A DNA stretch of 64,000 bases from Nemertoderma westbladi (taxonomy: Eukaryota > Animalia > Xenacoelomorpha), in NCBI GenBank assembly GCA_032718475.1, contig JAUCBJ010004931.1, forward strand, positions 100-64,099. The letters are read 5' to 3'. The notes beneath the pieces are model-generated. The model was not told the origin of the DNA, did not search any database, and was given only the letters and a program-made list of their open reading frames with translations. Each line of letters opens with the position of its first letter. Within the stretch, counting starts at the first letter, position 1. Positions 39,520-50,386 of the stretch are shown here, piece by piece. Position numbers and translations under genes: made by a program.

Positions 39520-41223
39520 GGTACCAGTGTGTTTTATGCACACCCCCCCCCCCCCACCCAATTTTTTTATACTAGCTAGATTTTATTTCTTTTTCTTTAA
39601 ATGTTCTAGAACATATTGTCTATCCAAATTACTAATATTAGTCAATAAGAATAAGCATTAAATAAAACGACATGAAATCTTAAATCATAAATTAAAAAGA
39701 TGTGCACCAAAAATAACAAAGTTAATTCCACCACCACACAAATATCATCGGGCCTACCACCAAAGCACCAGAAGGATATGTTGGAGCTCAGAGGCAAGGG
39801 AGCAGTACCGATCAGGAAGGTCAGACCCCCGCAGACCGGCAACATCCCCAAATCCAAGCGCCATCCATGGCCGCCTACCACCGCGCAGGCACAGGGAGCT
39901 CGAGCGCAGAAGCGCGAACTGTAAACGCCTCCGCACTCCTCCTAACACACAAGCGAGGCCTCGCTCGCGCATCCCCCGCTGCCGGGCCAGGAGGGTCTCA
40001 GCGAGGTGGCGGATCAGAATACCGGCCTCCTTGCACCACACCCCGTCGGTGGTTCCGACTAGGGGGGTGAAGGAGATCCGACGATCTTCGCACATCCCGC
40101 TGTAATGGACCATCTTAGAACGAACTCACTGCTCGAGTACGGAGTCCAGGGACCGATTAACGTATGAGGGGGCGTCAACGTTAACAATCGCAATGTCGAA
40201 AGACGCCAACCTCTGTTCGGCCCAGACTCCCCTCGCCAGGAGATCCGCCCTAACTCCACCCAACTCGCGGCCCTGTCTGTCCAGGTATCCGGACGCCAAC
40301 GTAACCTCCCGCTGGACGCATGAGCCCCCGAACGCAGACGCAATGAGGTCCCCGAACACCTCGTTGTGCCGCTTTATGATCAGGCCCCCCGACTTGCAAT
40401 TAAGGGCGTGGGACGTCGAGAACGACTCCCCACACCCCTCGCACTTTGCCGGGAGGCCCGGCGGCGTCCGTCCGTACCTCAAGGCGAGGTTGTCCCGGAA
40501 CACCTCTGGGTCGAGGTCAGTGTGGTCGACCACAGAGGGCTGAACATATTGTCTATTCATTTATTTTATTAATTTAGTTCTAGAACAAATAATTGTTGTT
40601 CTAGAACAAAATTAGTTAATTAGGTATTTTTGAAGTTATCAAAGCTAGTTTTTCTTACTTTTTAAAAAATGTTCTAGAACATATAGTCTATTTAATTTTG
40701 TATAAAGTAATGTTCTAGAACAAATATTTTTTGTTCATGAACATTTTAAAAAAATGTTATGTTGTGGTGTTTTTTTTTTATTTCATTAGTAAGTGTTAAA
40801 AACAATTACTAACAACTACAAATTTTCATTCTAGCTAGTGATTTTTATTACATATGTGATACAAAGATAACATAGAATAAAAAATTAACAAAATTAACAA
40901 ATTAACTAGTTTTTTTTTGTTTTTTTTGTTCTAGAACAAAATTTTTATATTAAATGAATAAATAATATGCTCTAGAACATTTTTTTTTTAAAAAGGAAAC
41001 AAAAACTAGCTAGTTTAAATAATTTATACAAAGATAACATACAATAAAAAATGGAAAAGATTTTCTATTTTTTGTTCTAGAACAAAAATCTTTATATTAA
41101 ATAAATAGATTACCTATATGTTCTAGAACATTACAAAAAAAAGTAACAAAAACTAGCTAGTATAAAACATTTGAGGGGGGGGGGGGGGGGGGGGGGTGCA
41201 CAAAACACACTAGTACCGGTACC
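39520..41223. mobile_element. Merlin/MULE-like non-autonomous element with a 9-bp TSD
   Basis: TIR GGTACCAGTGTGTTTTATGCAC / GTGCACAAAACACACTAGTACC(GGTACC); ACACAACTG at 39511-39519 and 41224-41232. Confidence 0.8.
39624..40541 (-). mobile_element. 3' fragment of a CRE-type non-LTR retrotransposon (zinc knuckle plus restriction-like endonuclease)
   Basis: CEGCGESFSTSHALNCKSGG..RHNEV, RADLLARGVW..FDIAIVN and FTPLV..TDG; GC-rich; 15-bp TSD GAACATATTGTCTAT at 39609-39623 and 40542-40556. Confidence 0.85.
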
Positions 41224-41615
41224 ACACAACTGTTTGTTTGTTATTTTTTATTATGGTAGCTAGTGTTTTTTTTAGAGAGCTACTGTTTTTTTGAAGAGAA
41301 TTTGGAGAGAAAAGAAAATTTGGCACTAGTAAATCAAAAGGATCCCTACTTTGCCCTGTTGACACCCCTGCCATTTTTTAACAGTTCCTTTATTAGTGTT
41401 TTAAAAAAAAAATATAATCTGTAAACTGGTGTAGATTAAACATGAAATATAAATTTTTTCACCATTTTTATAATTTCAATAAATACTAGCTGGTAAAAAA
41501 ACACTACCTAGGGCCTACCATAAAAAAACATATCTACTTATTTTCTAGAACATTTTCTAGAAAAGAAATAAAACCTGCTAGAATCAATTTATAATGTATT
41601 TCTAAATATAAAATT

Positions 41616-42284
41616 GGTTCTGGTCCAGTATGCGTACACCCCCCACCAAATTTTTTGTACTAGCTAGTTTTTGATAATTTCATTTTTTGAAATGTAGGCC
41701 TACCAAAACATGTTAGCTATTTGATTTTGAAAAAACAATGTTCCAGAACAAATGTTTTTTGTTCTAGAACATGTTTTAGAGAAAAGCCTGCTTTGTTCTT
41801 AAAATGCCAGGGATGGTTGGTATAAAATAAATAAAATAATTTTTTTTAATATTTTGAAATTTTTCAATAAAATTATGATGGTAGCTAATAAATTTTACTT
41901 TATTAACAAATAGATTTTAATAGACATATTGTATCGTATAATATTCAGTAATTACAAGTAATATGACTAGACACATTAATATTTAATATCCCTACTGTAA
42001 AGTTCTAGCATTTAATGCTCAGCAATCAACTTCAGTAAGTCTTTCATTGGCGTCTCTTGATGCAGTTGACACCACCAAAACTCGGCAAGGTGTTACTGGA
42101 GGGTGGTTTTCTTTGGCCCGTATTTCTTCTTCATGACGCCAGAATAAAAAATATTTGTTCTACAACATTATTTTTTTATGAACAAATAGCTAATAAGTTC
42201 TAGAACATATCAATAAAACAAATTATCAAAAACTAGCTAGTACAAAAAATTTGGTGGTGGGTGTACGCATACTGGACCAGTACC
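41616..42284. mobile_element. Merlin/MULE-like MITE with long TIRs and a 9-bp TSD
   Basis: GGTTCTGGTCCAGTATGCGTACACC / GGTGTACGCATACTGGACCAGTACC; TATAAAATT on both flanks. Confidence 0.88.
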
Positions 42285-43074
42285 TATAAAATTTGCATTA
42301 GAAAAAATCTCATTTTGGGAACCTTTTGCTTGACAAGTGCCATGATCATGTAAGCGGCCACTTTAGCGCTCCCATCCTATTCAATCTGGGAAAAAAAAGT
42401 TTTTTCGACCGAGTGCGAGTATCCCACATTTGACTTCAAGCTAGTGTTTTTTGATGTCCTTGGTTTAACTCTTTGAAATAACGGTAGCTTGTTCGTTCTA
42501 GAATTTTTTAATTCCAAAGAAACAAAATATAAAATTAAATATTACACAATAATAATAGCGATTATTATTGCACATTTAACGCAATCCAATGGGTTACTTT
42601 TTTGATATGCTATGATTTTGGGGAATTTTCGAGCCAAAAATAAAAAAGTTAAGAATAAATATATTTATTATTTTTTTATTCACCTGTATTAATAATTGTT
42701 AAATTGAAATTTTCCTCAACGGCGACGGAGCAACGTAAAGTGCCAAAATAATAATATTAACGTACACATAATCAATAAATAATTAAATCGTGACATTATT
42801 ACAGTTTATTGTTAATTTTCGCATATTGCTACGGAAACTAGGTAAAATTATAATCGTATAATTTTAAAAAAATGTTTTATAAATGTTGCTTTTTCCTAAA
42901 ATTATACTATTTTCCTAGAAATTGCTCTGATACGGGATTCTAGAAAATATATGTTGTCAGTATATGTTATCTTTATGTATTTACCAGTGAAAAGAGCCTA
43001 GTATTGAAGAAAATAAAATAACGTGATTTCTGCAACAATTAATTAAATAAGATAATTAAAAAAATACAGTAGTT

Positions 43075-43410
43075 GCACAGATTCGGCCGTATCGCCCTTA
43101 CCTTATGTTAGAGGCAATGAGTGCGGAAATGAAAAAAACAAGGAGACCTCCTTGTAACAAGTACGAAAAATAGAAAAGGTCTCACGACTCATTTCCAGTA
43201 TAGATCCCTCAGAACTATAATCCTAACAGGCAATGAGATAACTGGTACTCATTTAACAACCGCTTAAGAAACAAAGCAAATATGCGCGCGCCCTGTTTGG
43301 TTAGTCCCTTAGCATTTGTGCCAAAACGAAAACTATCCTGGCCCGCATGCAGGGGAACAACCCCACGACCTCTGGTGCGATATTAATTCAAGGAAATGGA
43401 TTTAAATGCT
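43075..43410 (-). mobile_element. Degenerate tRNA-derived SINE-like element (second copy about 55745-56090)
   Basis: Shares TTCGGCCGT, AAACGAAAACT and ACGACCTCTGG motifs with 13950-14727; the B-box is degenerate. Confidence 0.5.
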
Positions 43411-43523
43411 ACGCAAGGCTTGAAAAAATTGAATACGCGTACCTTTGTATTAGAAAACGATCCTTAAAAATACAAAGTATGCTGTCATGTTGTTCGTTCA
43501 ATATGCTCTAATTACCAATAAAC

Positions 43524-43759
43524 ACAATATTGCAATGTTCTAAAGTTAATATACGGAAATAAAAACCTTCAGCGAATAAAACTGTAATAATCACTTCTGC
43601 CTTATCCTTCAGCAAATTAACCTAATATAATAACCACGGCCTGCGGCCTCGGTAATTATACAGGTTAATTTGCTTCTGGAACGGCATCAGTGATTATTCA
43701 GTTTTATTCGCTTCAGGTTATTATTTCCGTATATTAACTTTAGAACATTGCAATATTGT
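43524..43759. mobile_element. About 236-bp palindromic (fold-back) non-autonomous element
   Basis: ACAATATTGCAATGTTCTAAAGTTAATATACGGAAATAA ... TTATTTCCGTATATTAACTTTAGAACATTGCAATATTGT; centre GGCCTGCGGCC. Confidence 0.8.
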
Positions 43760-44964
43760 ATGTATACTGTATAATATATTATTAATTATTAATTATTTCC
43801 GTATATTTATAGAACATTTTTTTAAAATTATACGATTATAATTTTACCTAGTTTCCGTAGCAATATGTGAAAATTAACAGTAAACAAACAAACAATAATA
43901 ATAAATATTACCAAGTTTAATATATCATTATAGAAACAATGACTTCACTGTGAATCATTTGTTTAGTGTATATTATGTTATTAGTCCAGTAGACGCTAAA
44001 TAGAGCTCAAGGGAGGACCGTGAACTTGGGTCATCACGCAATTTTATTTTGTCAATGTCTTCCCTGATAATAATAATGTAAATATGCACCGGGTGCCAGT
44101 TGGGATACCTTGGGGAATTTTTTTTACAGCATAAAATACAAGTAGGCCTACAAATTAGTCAACCTATTCCAAAAATTACATTAAATTATAAACGTTTGTT
44201 ACTGGAGTAATTAAATTAAGTGTTCTAGAACAGAGATAAACAACTACGTATATCTGTGTATGTTTAGATCTCAATATACTGTAATTGCAGTATACTTAGC
44301 TGTGATATGAAAGCTTTGATTACCCGTATTTTGCAAATATTTTAACGGTATGTAGGCCTACGCCTATGCTCTTTTGTTATATTTATTGTTCACCGCCATT
44401 TCGTTAACCGCTTCGTTTATATATTGCCTACCGCCTCGTAATTTAACTTGGTTTACACACACACTTTATTGGTCATTAGTCTTATTTATTGAAATTGGTA
44501 TAGCTAGTATTTTTTATGGCAGCACACAGCGGCACATTTATTCATAAAATCAAAAAATAATATTACGTAACTTGTTTTGTATTTTACATAGCTAGTGTTT
44601 TTTATAGTTGGTAGCAGTTTTATTTGTGTTGAAAATGAATTTAGCTAAATTGAAATTTCTAAAATATTCCAGAATAAGCAAAAACTGTAAATAAAATATT
44701 TTGGTTTTTTAGTAAAATTTTTTAATAGCTAGTATTTTGATAAATAGAAGCTAGAATAAAAATATTATAGAATGTTGACTATGTTCGAGAAAATAATATA
44801 TAAAAATCAAAGAAGTTTTATCTCGTGGAAAACAATTGGATGGGGGTTTCGACATGACGAACTAGTACCCTATTTACGTTTCAAAAGACGAAATATTTAT
44901 CATAATAGGACGATCGAAGGTGAAACATCCCAACATCATGTACTGTTATTTAATCGGCGCTAAA

Positions 44965-45976
44965 TGATGGATGATTTGTGTCTGTTTTGCCGAAAAACAT
45001 CTGGAACACTAATCACTGGAGGACCTATTCGCATAAAGAACATTAAAAAAAGTGATAACCTCAATGAGATTCTTCAGCGAAAACTTAATAACGATTCGGA
45101 ACTGAATGTTATTTTTCACAAACAGTGCATTTCTACATAATATATATACTTCGAATCAACATAGAGCGTGAGTTACAACGACGACACATTTCCAACTCAC
45201 AGAAATTACCAGAACAACCTGTGAAAAAATTGCGTTCTGATGTACTTATAAAATATGAGCGCGATTGTGTCATATGTGGTAAAGTTTGTCTAAAGAAAGA
45301 TGGTAGGCATCCTAATCGCTGGGAGAGGGTGGTTCAGTGCGAGACCGAGGTTGTTAAGGAAGAATTACTCCGGGTTTGTGATTTGCTAATTCTAACTCAT
45401 GGTGATAATTTAGCAGAAACTATCAAACTTCGCCTGGAAGGCATAGACCTAACTTCTGTGTCAGCCTAATATCATAAATCCTGCTATAGTTCATTTCGGG
45501 CACAACGAATATACAGTCTATACAGGCACCAATGCAAAGTACAAACCTGTATCCTTGGCGGCGCAGTCTATACAGGCACTAATACGTGGAGTGTATAACC
45601 AGACAACACTTTGGGATGGCTATAAAGCTTCATTATCTATTTGGAAGCCGGGAACTTATAGATTTCTTGCATTCACAAGGATATATTGCCAGCTATGATG
45701 AAGTGCTACGTTTTGGAAAGTCTGCTGCAAAATTTACAGGAGAACGTGGTTTTTCATCTGGCGATTTTTGGATGATTTTAACAAAAACCGTCAACCAATT
45801 TGCGCGCGGATTGATAACTTTGACCTAAATGTATTTACCCCAAATGGTCTTCGTGACTCCCACTCAACAGTCAACAGCTATGGAGTTACTGCAGACGTCC
45901 ACAGGGAGCTCTGGAGGAGTTCCAAATAACATATATTTTCCTCGCATTTCGAAGTCAGATTTGAATTCCATTAAAT
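44965..45976 (+). pseudogene. Academ transposase relic, N-terminal part
   Basis: CVICG, YHKSCY, LHYLFGSRELIDFLHSQGYIASYDEV and DNFDLNVFTPNG..H; stops and frameshifts. Confidence 0.7.
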
Positions 45977-46527
45977 TGTTAGCTTATCCAATTCCGCTAA
46001 CATGAACCCACAAAGTAAGCCGTTGAGCAATATTGGGAGCACGAGGTTGATTACCAATCAACCTCGTGTCAGCCCAGTAAACGGGGACAATAGGCCCCAA
46101 AGGAGACACACACAATAAGGGTCAGGGGCCAAACCCCTAACAGAGAGAGAACAACAGGGGCAACGGGAAACACACCAGGGAAGGTGAAAGGGCGAGAAGT
46201 GGGATATTAGCCAATGGGGGGACAGCATCGACTAGGTACAGTAATATGGCCAACTGTGCAGTACATATATTACCTGTTGGTGCTTCCCTATTCAGTTAGT
46301 TTACTCAGTCAGATCAGTAGGGTGGAACGGGGACTTCTGTCACCGTCCGCTACCGCCATCATACTTATCTACCGGTAAAGTGTCGTACTATACTATATCA
46401 ACTATCAGACTATATTATACCTTTATACATATTACCGAACATCAGAACTCTTTTACCTTTCACACACGGCGGGGACGCGTGGATAGAAAACCCAACGGAT
46501 AAACCGGGATCCGTAGATCCCGTCACA
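45977..46527 (+). repeat. 5' LTR (551 bp)
   Basis: TGTTAGCTTATCC...GATCCCGTCACA; identical by eye to 53359-53909. Confidence 0.95.
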
Positions 46528-46657
46528 GTGACAGAACTAGATCCGCCCAGCTGCCCTGACAGTGATAGAATCCTAGCAGCTGCCCTAACAGTCTGACAGT
46601 GATAGAACTAGATCCAACCAACTGACAGACTGTGGCTGCCAACCACCAAAGACGAAG

Positions 46658-47752
46658 ATGAGTCGAGAGAAAGGAACGACACCGCCGCGGACCCCGGACG
46701 ACGATCTAACGATCCGCGAGGCCACGGCGAGACGATACGAACCCACGACGCCGGTCGATGCTACGCCGACCACGTCGACGCACATTGACGCCACATCGAT
46801 AACGAGCGACCCGGCGAACCAAGATGTGGGGGGTCGTCTACAAAGAGAAATCGAGTCGGGAGGAGAAGAGGAAGACGAGTCGACGCGGAGTGAAGGTCGA
46901 CGTACCGATGTCGCCGGCCAGCCACAGGCCGAGGACGACGAACGGTCCACCGGAACGGCGACGGTGGGGCCGTCGGTACGACGTCGGACCCGGAGAGATG
47001 GAGGAGAGGTCGGCGACGAGGACGTCGGGGTTTCCGATCGACTTCGACGGGCCTACAACGCGACCCGGGAACTACTAAAGGAGGCCAAGGAGGGGGCGAG
47101 GATAGACGAGGTCAGGATGACAAAGGGACTAGGTGAGTCGAACAGATACTTTGATCACCTAGTGTGTTCTGGGCAGAGAGAACTGGCCGGGGAGAGAGCG
47201 AGAGGGGTTGCCTTCGAACTGTTTGGGCTATGGGAACGTAGGGGTATGGGGCCTGGTGTAGTGTACATAGGGCCATACTTAGTCGATGCCAGGGAAGTTA
47301 AGTTAGTGGGTTGGAAGAGACCCGGGGAGGGCGAATCCGAGGTTAACTCCGAGGATTCGGTCTCGTCGGTCGGAGGAAGTTCCGGGAAGCGGGGGAAAGT
47401 TAGTAGGACGGAGGGGCGACGGGAGTCCGTCGCAACCGATAAGTCTGCTACATCCTCCGCAAAAGAAAGAAGGGTGCGAGAGAGTGAACGCGTGGCGTAT
47501 AAATTAGAAAAGGCGGCGGCAGAGCGGAAACAGTTAGAGGGGCAATTGAGAGAGCAAACCGCATTATTAGAGTTGGTAAGGGAGGATAGAGAGAGGGCCG
47601 AGGAGCATAGAGATCGGGAGCATATCGGGATAATGATCGGGAGAATAGAGAGTGAGCCGGCGAGGCGGTCTGGGATGCTTGCGAGAGAGTTCCGAGTGTG
47701 CAGAGAGAGAGAGTTTAAGGAACAACGTACGCAGGATGGTTTGCTTGTCTGA
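46658..47752 (+). CDS. gag-like ORF, N-terminal part (364 aa, charged/coiled-coil)
   Basis: ATG 130 bp after the LTR; E/R-rich helical C-terminus; frame stays open past the TGA. Confidence 0.6.
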   Translation: MSREKGTTPPRTPDDDLTIREATARRYEPTTPVDATPTTSTHIDATSITSDPANQDVGGRLQREIESGGEEEDESTRSEGRRTDVAGQPQAEDDERSTGTATVGPSVRRRTRRDGGEVGDEDVGVSDRLRRAYNATRELLKEAKEGARIDEVRMTKGLGESNRYFDHLVCSGQRELAGERARGVAFELFGLWERRGMGPGVVYIGPYLVDAREVKLVGWKRPGEGESEVNSEDSVSSVGGSSGKRGKVSRTEGRRESVATDKSATSSAKERRVRESERVAYKLEKAAAERKQLEGQLREQTALLELVREDRERAEEHRDREHIGIMIGRIESEPARRSGMLAREFRVCREREFKEQRTQDGLLV

Positions 47753-47907
47753 CTGGCGCTGCTTGCGCAATATCGGGCCAAACTTAAACGGCGCCGACTA
47801 GAACTGGCGCGGTTGGAGATATCAGAGAGTGAGCCCCCACTTACAGGCACCGGGCGAGAGAACCAGAACTGGTGTAGCCGTACGGGCGGGGGGGGGGTAG
47901 TAGTAGT

Positions 47908-48438
47908 ATGTTAGAAGTAGTTAATGTTAATAGTACCGTATTAGATAACCCTAATCCCTTTATTGCAGCGAATAATATTTTACCTGGTAGTAGTAATTTA
48001 AACTTAAACTCAAATAATAACGTTAATTCAAATATTCAGAATAATTCAAATAATACGAACAATAATTTAAATTTTGAAAATTCAAATAATTCTAATTTAA
48101 ATAATTTAAATCTCGTTTCAAATTCTAATAATTTAATTGATTTAACAAATAATATTGGGGATGGTGCTATTAATGTGAACGCGTCAGACGTGTATAGCCC
48201 GGCAGACGGCAGCCTGGTAGGCCACGTAGTTAGTAGGCAGGAAGTGGCGCGGTTGAGCCAACCCGAGGTGGGCCTGGTAGGCCACGCAGTAGTAGAGAGA
48301 GAGGCGGGGGTGAATAGACCCGGCCGCAGTAGAAACAGTGTGTCGACTAGAGAGGGGTGTAGAGACGAAGTAAGAGATAGTGAAGTTAGATGTGGCGAAT
48401 GGGGGGGGGGGGGGGGCTACCGGCGCCCCACCACATAA
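47908..48438 (+). CDS. Asn-rich middle segment of the gag-like ORF (frameshifted)
   Basis: Bounded by G homopolymers at about 47888 and 48401 that link it to the flanking ORFs. Confidence 0.4.
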   Translation: MLEVVNVNSTVLDNPNPFIAANNILPGSSNLNLNSNNNVNSNIQNNSNNTNNNLNFENSNNSNLNNLNLVSNSNNLIDLTNNIGDGAINVNASDVYSPADGSLVGHVVSRQEVARLSQPEVGLVGHAVVEREAGVNRPGRSRNSVSTREGCRDEVRDSEVRCGEWGGGGGYRRPTT

Positions 48439-50293
48439 GATTAGTGGCGAGAGAGGGGGGGCAGAGAATGCCCCACAAGAGGGGTGTAGAAGTGTAGTAA
48501 GAGGTAGTGAAGTTAGAAGTGGCGGGTGGGGGGGGGGGGCTACGGACACCCCACCGCGAGAAGTTAGTAGAGAGAGAGGGGGGGCAGAGAGTGTCCCACA
48601 GCCGTCAGCGGATAATGCGCGGGCCGAATCAGGTAAACCGCAACACCCGGCGACGGAGAGTAATAGGGGGATTGCGAGTATCCCCAGCGGCGTGCGATCG
48701 AGCAGAGAGAGGCAGGTTGACGTCGCGAGAGGGCAGGCGAAGCGTCGAGCCCGATCAGAAGAGGGAAGAAGAACAGTGGAGTTTAACCGGGAGGTCGACG
48801 AGAGATCTCATGAGCCGGAATACTACACAGAAAAGAGAAGAAGAGAAGATAGTAGAAGAAGTGTCGCCACGAACGATAGCAGTGCGAGGACGGATAACGG
48901 ACCGTCGACAGTAGAGATGGAGTCAGGGAGTCAGTGGGGTCGAACTTCGGGAGATTGCCGTCGCCCCGGAGAAACGCACCGCACGCCAAGAGAGGGGTAC
49001 AGGACGTACCAATACAAAGTCGAGAACAGGAGAGGGGATCGAAGAGAAGCTTCCCGACGGGATATAGCTGCCGATCGAGAGTGCAGTAGTCGCGGGGAGA
49101 TTCGAGATTCGCGAAGAATAAACTTCGGTTCGGAAGGGCACATGCAGACTGCAGGACATACTGTAGGCCTTACTGCACATACTATTATAGGCCATGCTGG
49201 GAGAGATAGAGTAGGCGATGGGGTAGCGCGAACGACGGGATTAAACCCGGAAGTCGCGGAGTACATACCGGTAGGTAGGCGAGAGGTAGGTAGGCCTATA
49301 TCGGTACAGCAGCATGACTATAATACACAGGGACATAACATATATCCAGGGGAGGGGGGAGTTATTGGAGATAGATGTATGGGCCCCAATGTATTAACAT
49401 CAACCCCAGTACCAAACATACCGGCCGGGGGGGGACAGGGTGACATTCCCCCATCACAATATCGACAATATACCCCGATAGGAGCAAGAACATCGAACTC
49501 CCTGGACGAGAACAGGTCGTGCGGACAGTCACCACCACACGCGGCCGTACAGGGGACTGCTAGTCCACAGTTAGCTGGTAGCAGGGCCACACCGTGGCAG
49601 GGACAGAAAGAAAATAACACCAAAAATAAACACAATCCCAATATACCCAGTAGGCCGAGTCTAGACAACCAAAACATTAAATCGGTACATATAAACCTAA
49701 GCGCGATACGTGAAGGACTATACAGGAAACGCTATAATCCAGGATTCCAATGTCAATTACATCGGGACGGAACCCATAAGACCAGGAGTTGCAAGTACTG
49801 GCAAGCGTTGCCCAAACGAGATCGTGTAGCCTACACAGACGCAAACGGACTATGTCATCGATGTGTGGTAAAAGGACACAGATCCGGAGAGTGTTGGAAA
49901 GGGAGAGGATATGAAAGGACTAAACCAGGGGCAGAGAAGCCCATGAGCAAACATAAGGGAGTCGGGAAAGTAGAAGGAGGCGTGTTGCATACACACGCAG
50001 GACTGACACAGTGCGAGGGGGCATTACATGGGCAGACACCGCGTATACCGAGGGACGAGCGGGGGTCGTCGAGGGCTCTAATGCCAGCGCACATACGAAG
50101 GGGGAGGCCAGCAAAGGTAGCACCGAAGAGAGTGTGGCGAAGAGTTAGAGGACGTATAGGAGGGCAGCAGGAGAGTGCCTACTGGAAGAAGGGGCACCTG
50201 AGAGTTTTTAGTCGTCCAAAGTTTTGGACTGAGGGGGGTGGGAATGAGGGCGAGACGCCCTTCCCACGCACAAAATATAAAATAATTATTTAA
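48380..50293 (+). CDS. gag-like ORF, C-terminal part with BEL/Pao-type zinc knuckles
   Basis: CQLHRDGTHKTRSC-x-LCHRCVVKGHRSGEC (CxxHx4Hx4C plus CCHC), followed by a basic tail. Confidence 0.7.
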   Translation: MKLDVANGGGGGATGAPPHKISGERGGAENAPQEGCRSVVRGSEVRSGGWGGGATDTPPREVSRERGGAESVPQPSADNARAESGKPQHPATESNRGIASIPSGVRSSRERQVDVARGQAKRRARSEEGRRTVEFNREVDERSHEPEYYTEKRRREDSRRSVATNDSSARTDNGPSTVEMESGSQWGRTSGDCRRPGETHRTPREGYRTYQYKVENRRGDRREASRRDIAADRECSSRGEIRDSRRINFGSEGHMQTAGHTVGLTAHTIIGHAGRDRVGDGVARTTGLNPEVAEYIPVGRREVGRPISVQQHDYNTQGHNIYPGEGGVIGDRCMGPNVLTSTPVPNIPAGGGQGDIPPSQYRQYTPIGARTSNSLDENRSCGQSPPHAAVQGTASPQLAGSRATPWQGQKENNTKNKHNPNIPSRPSLDNQNIKSVHINLSAIREGLYRKRYNPGFQCQLHRDGTHKTRSCKYWQALPKRDRVAYTDANGLCHRCVVKGHRSGECWKGRGYERTKPGAEKPMSKHKGVGKVEGGVLHTHAGLTQCEGALHGQTPRIPRDERGSSRALMPAHIRRGRPAKVAPKRVWRRVRGRIGGQQESAYWKKGHLRVFSRPKFWTEGGGNEGETPFPRTKYKIII

Positions 50294-50386
50294 TTAAAAA
50301 TAAGAAAATAATTAAATAATAGAGTAGGTAGAAGTTAGGTAGTAAGAGTTAGTTAGTTAGTTAGTTACTTAGTTAGTTAGTTAAAG

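Larger units (their letters stand above)
42804..43885. repeat. 81-bp inverted repeat pair (42804-42884 / 43805-43885) enclosing a SINE and a palindrome
   Basis: CATATTGCTACGGAAACTAGGTAAAATTATAATCGTATAATTT and its reverse complement. Confidence 0.8.
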
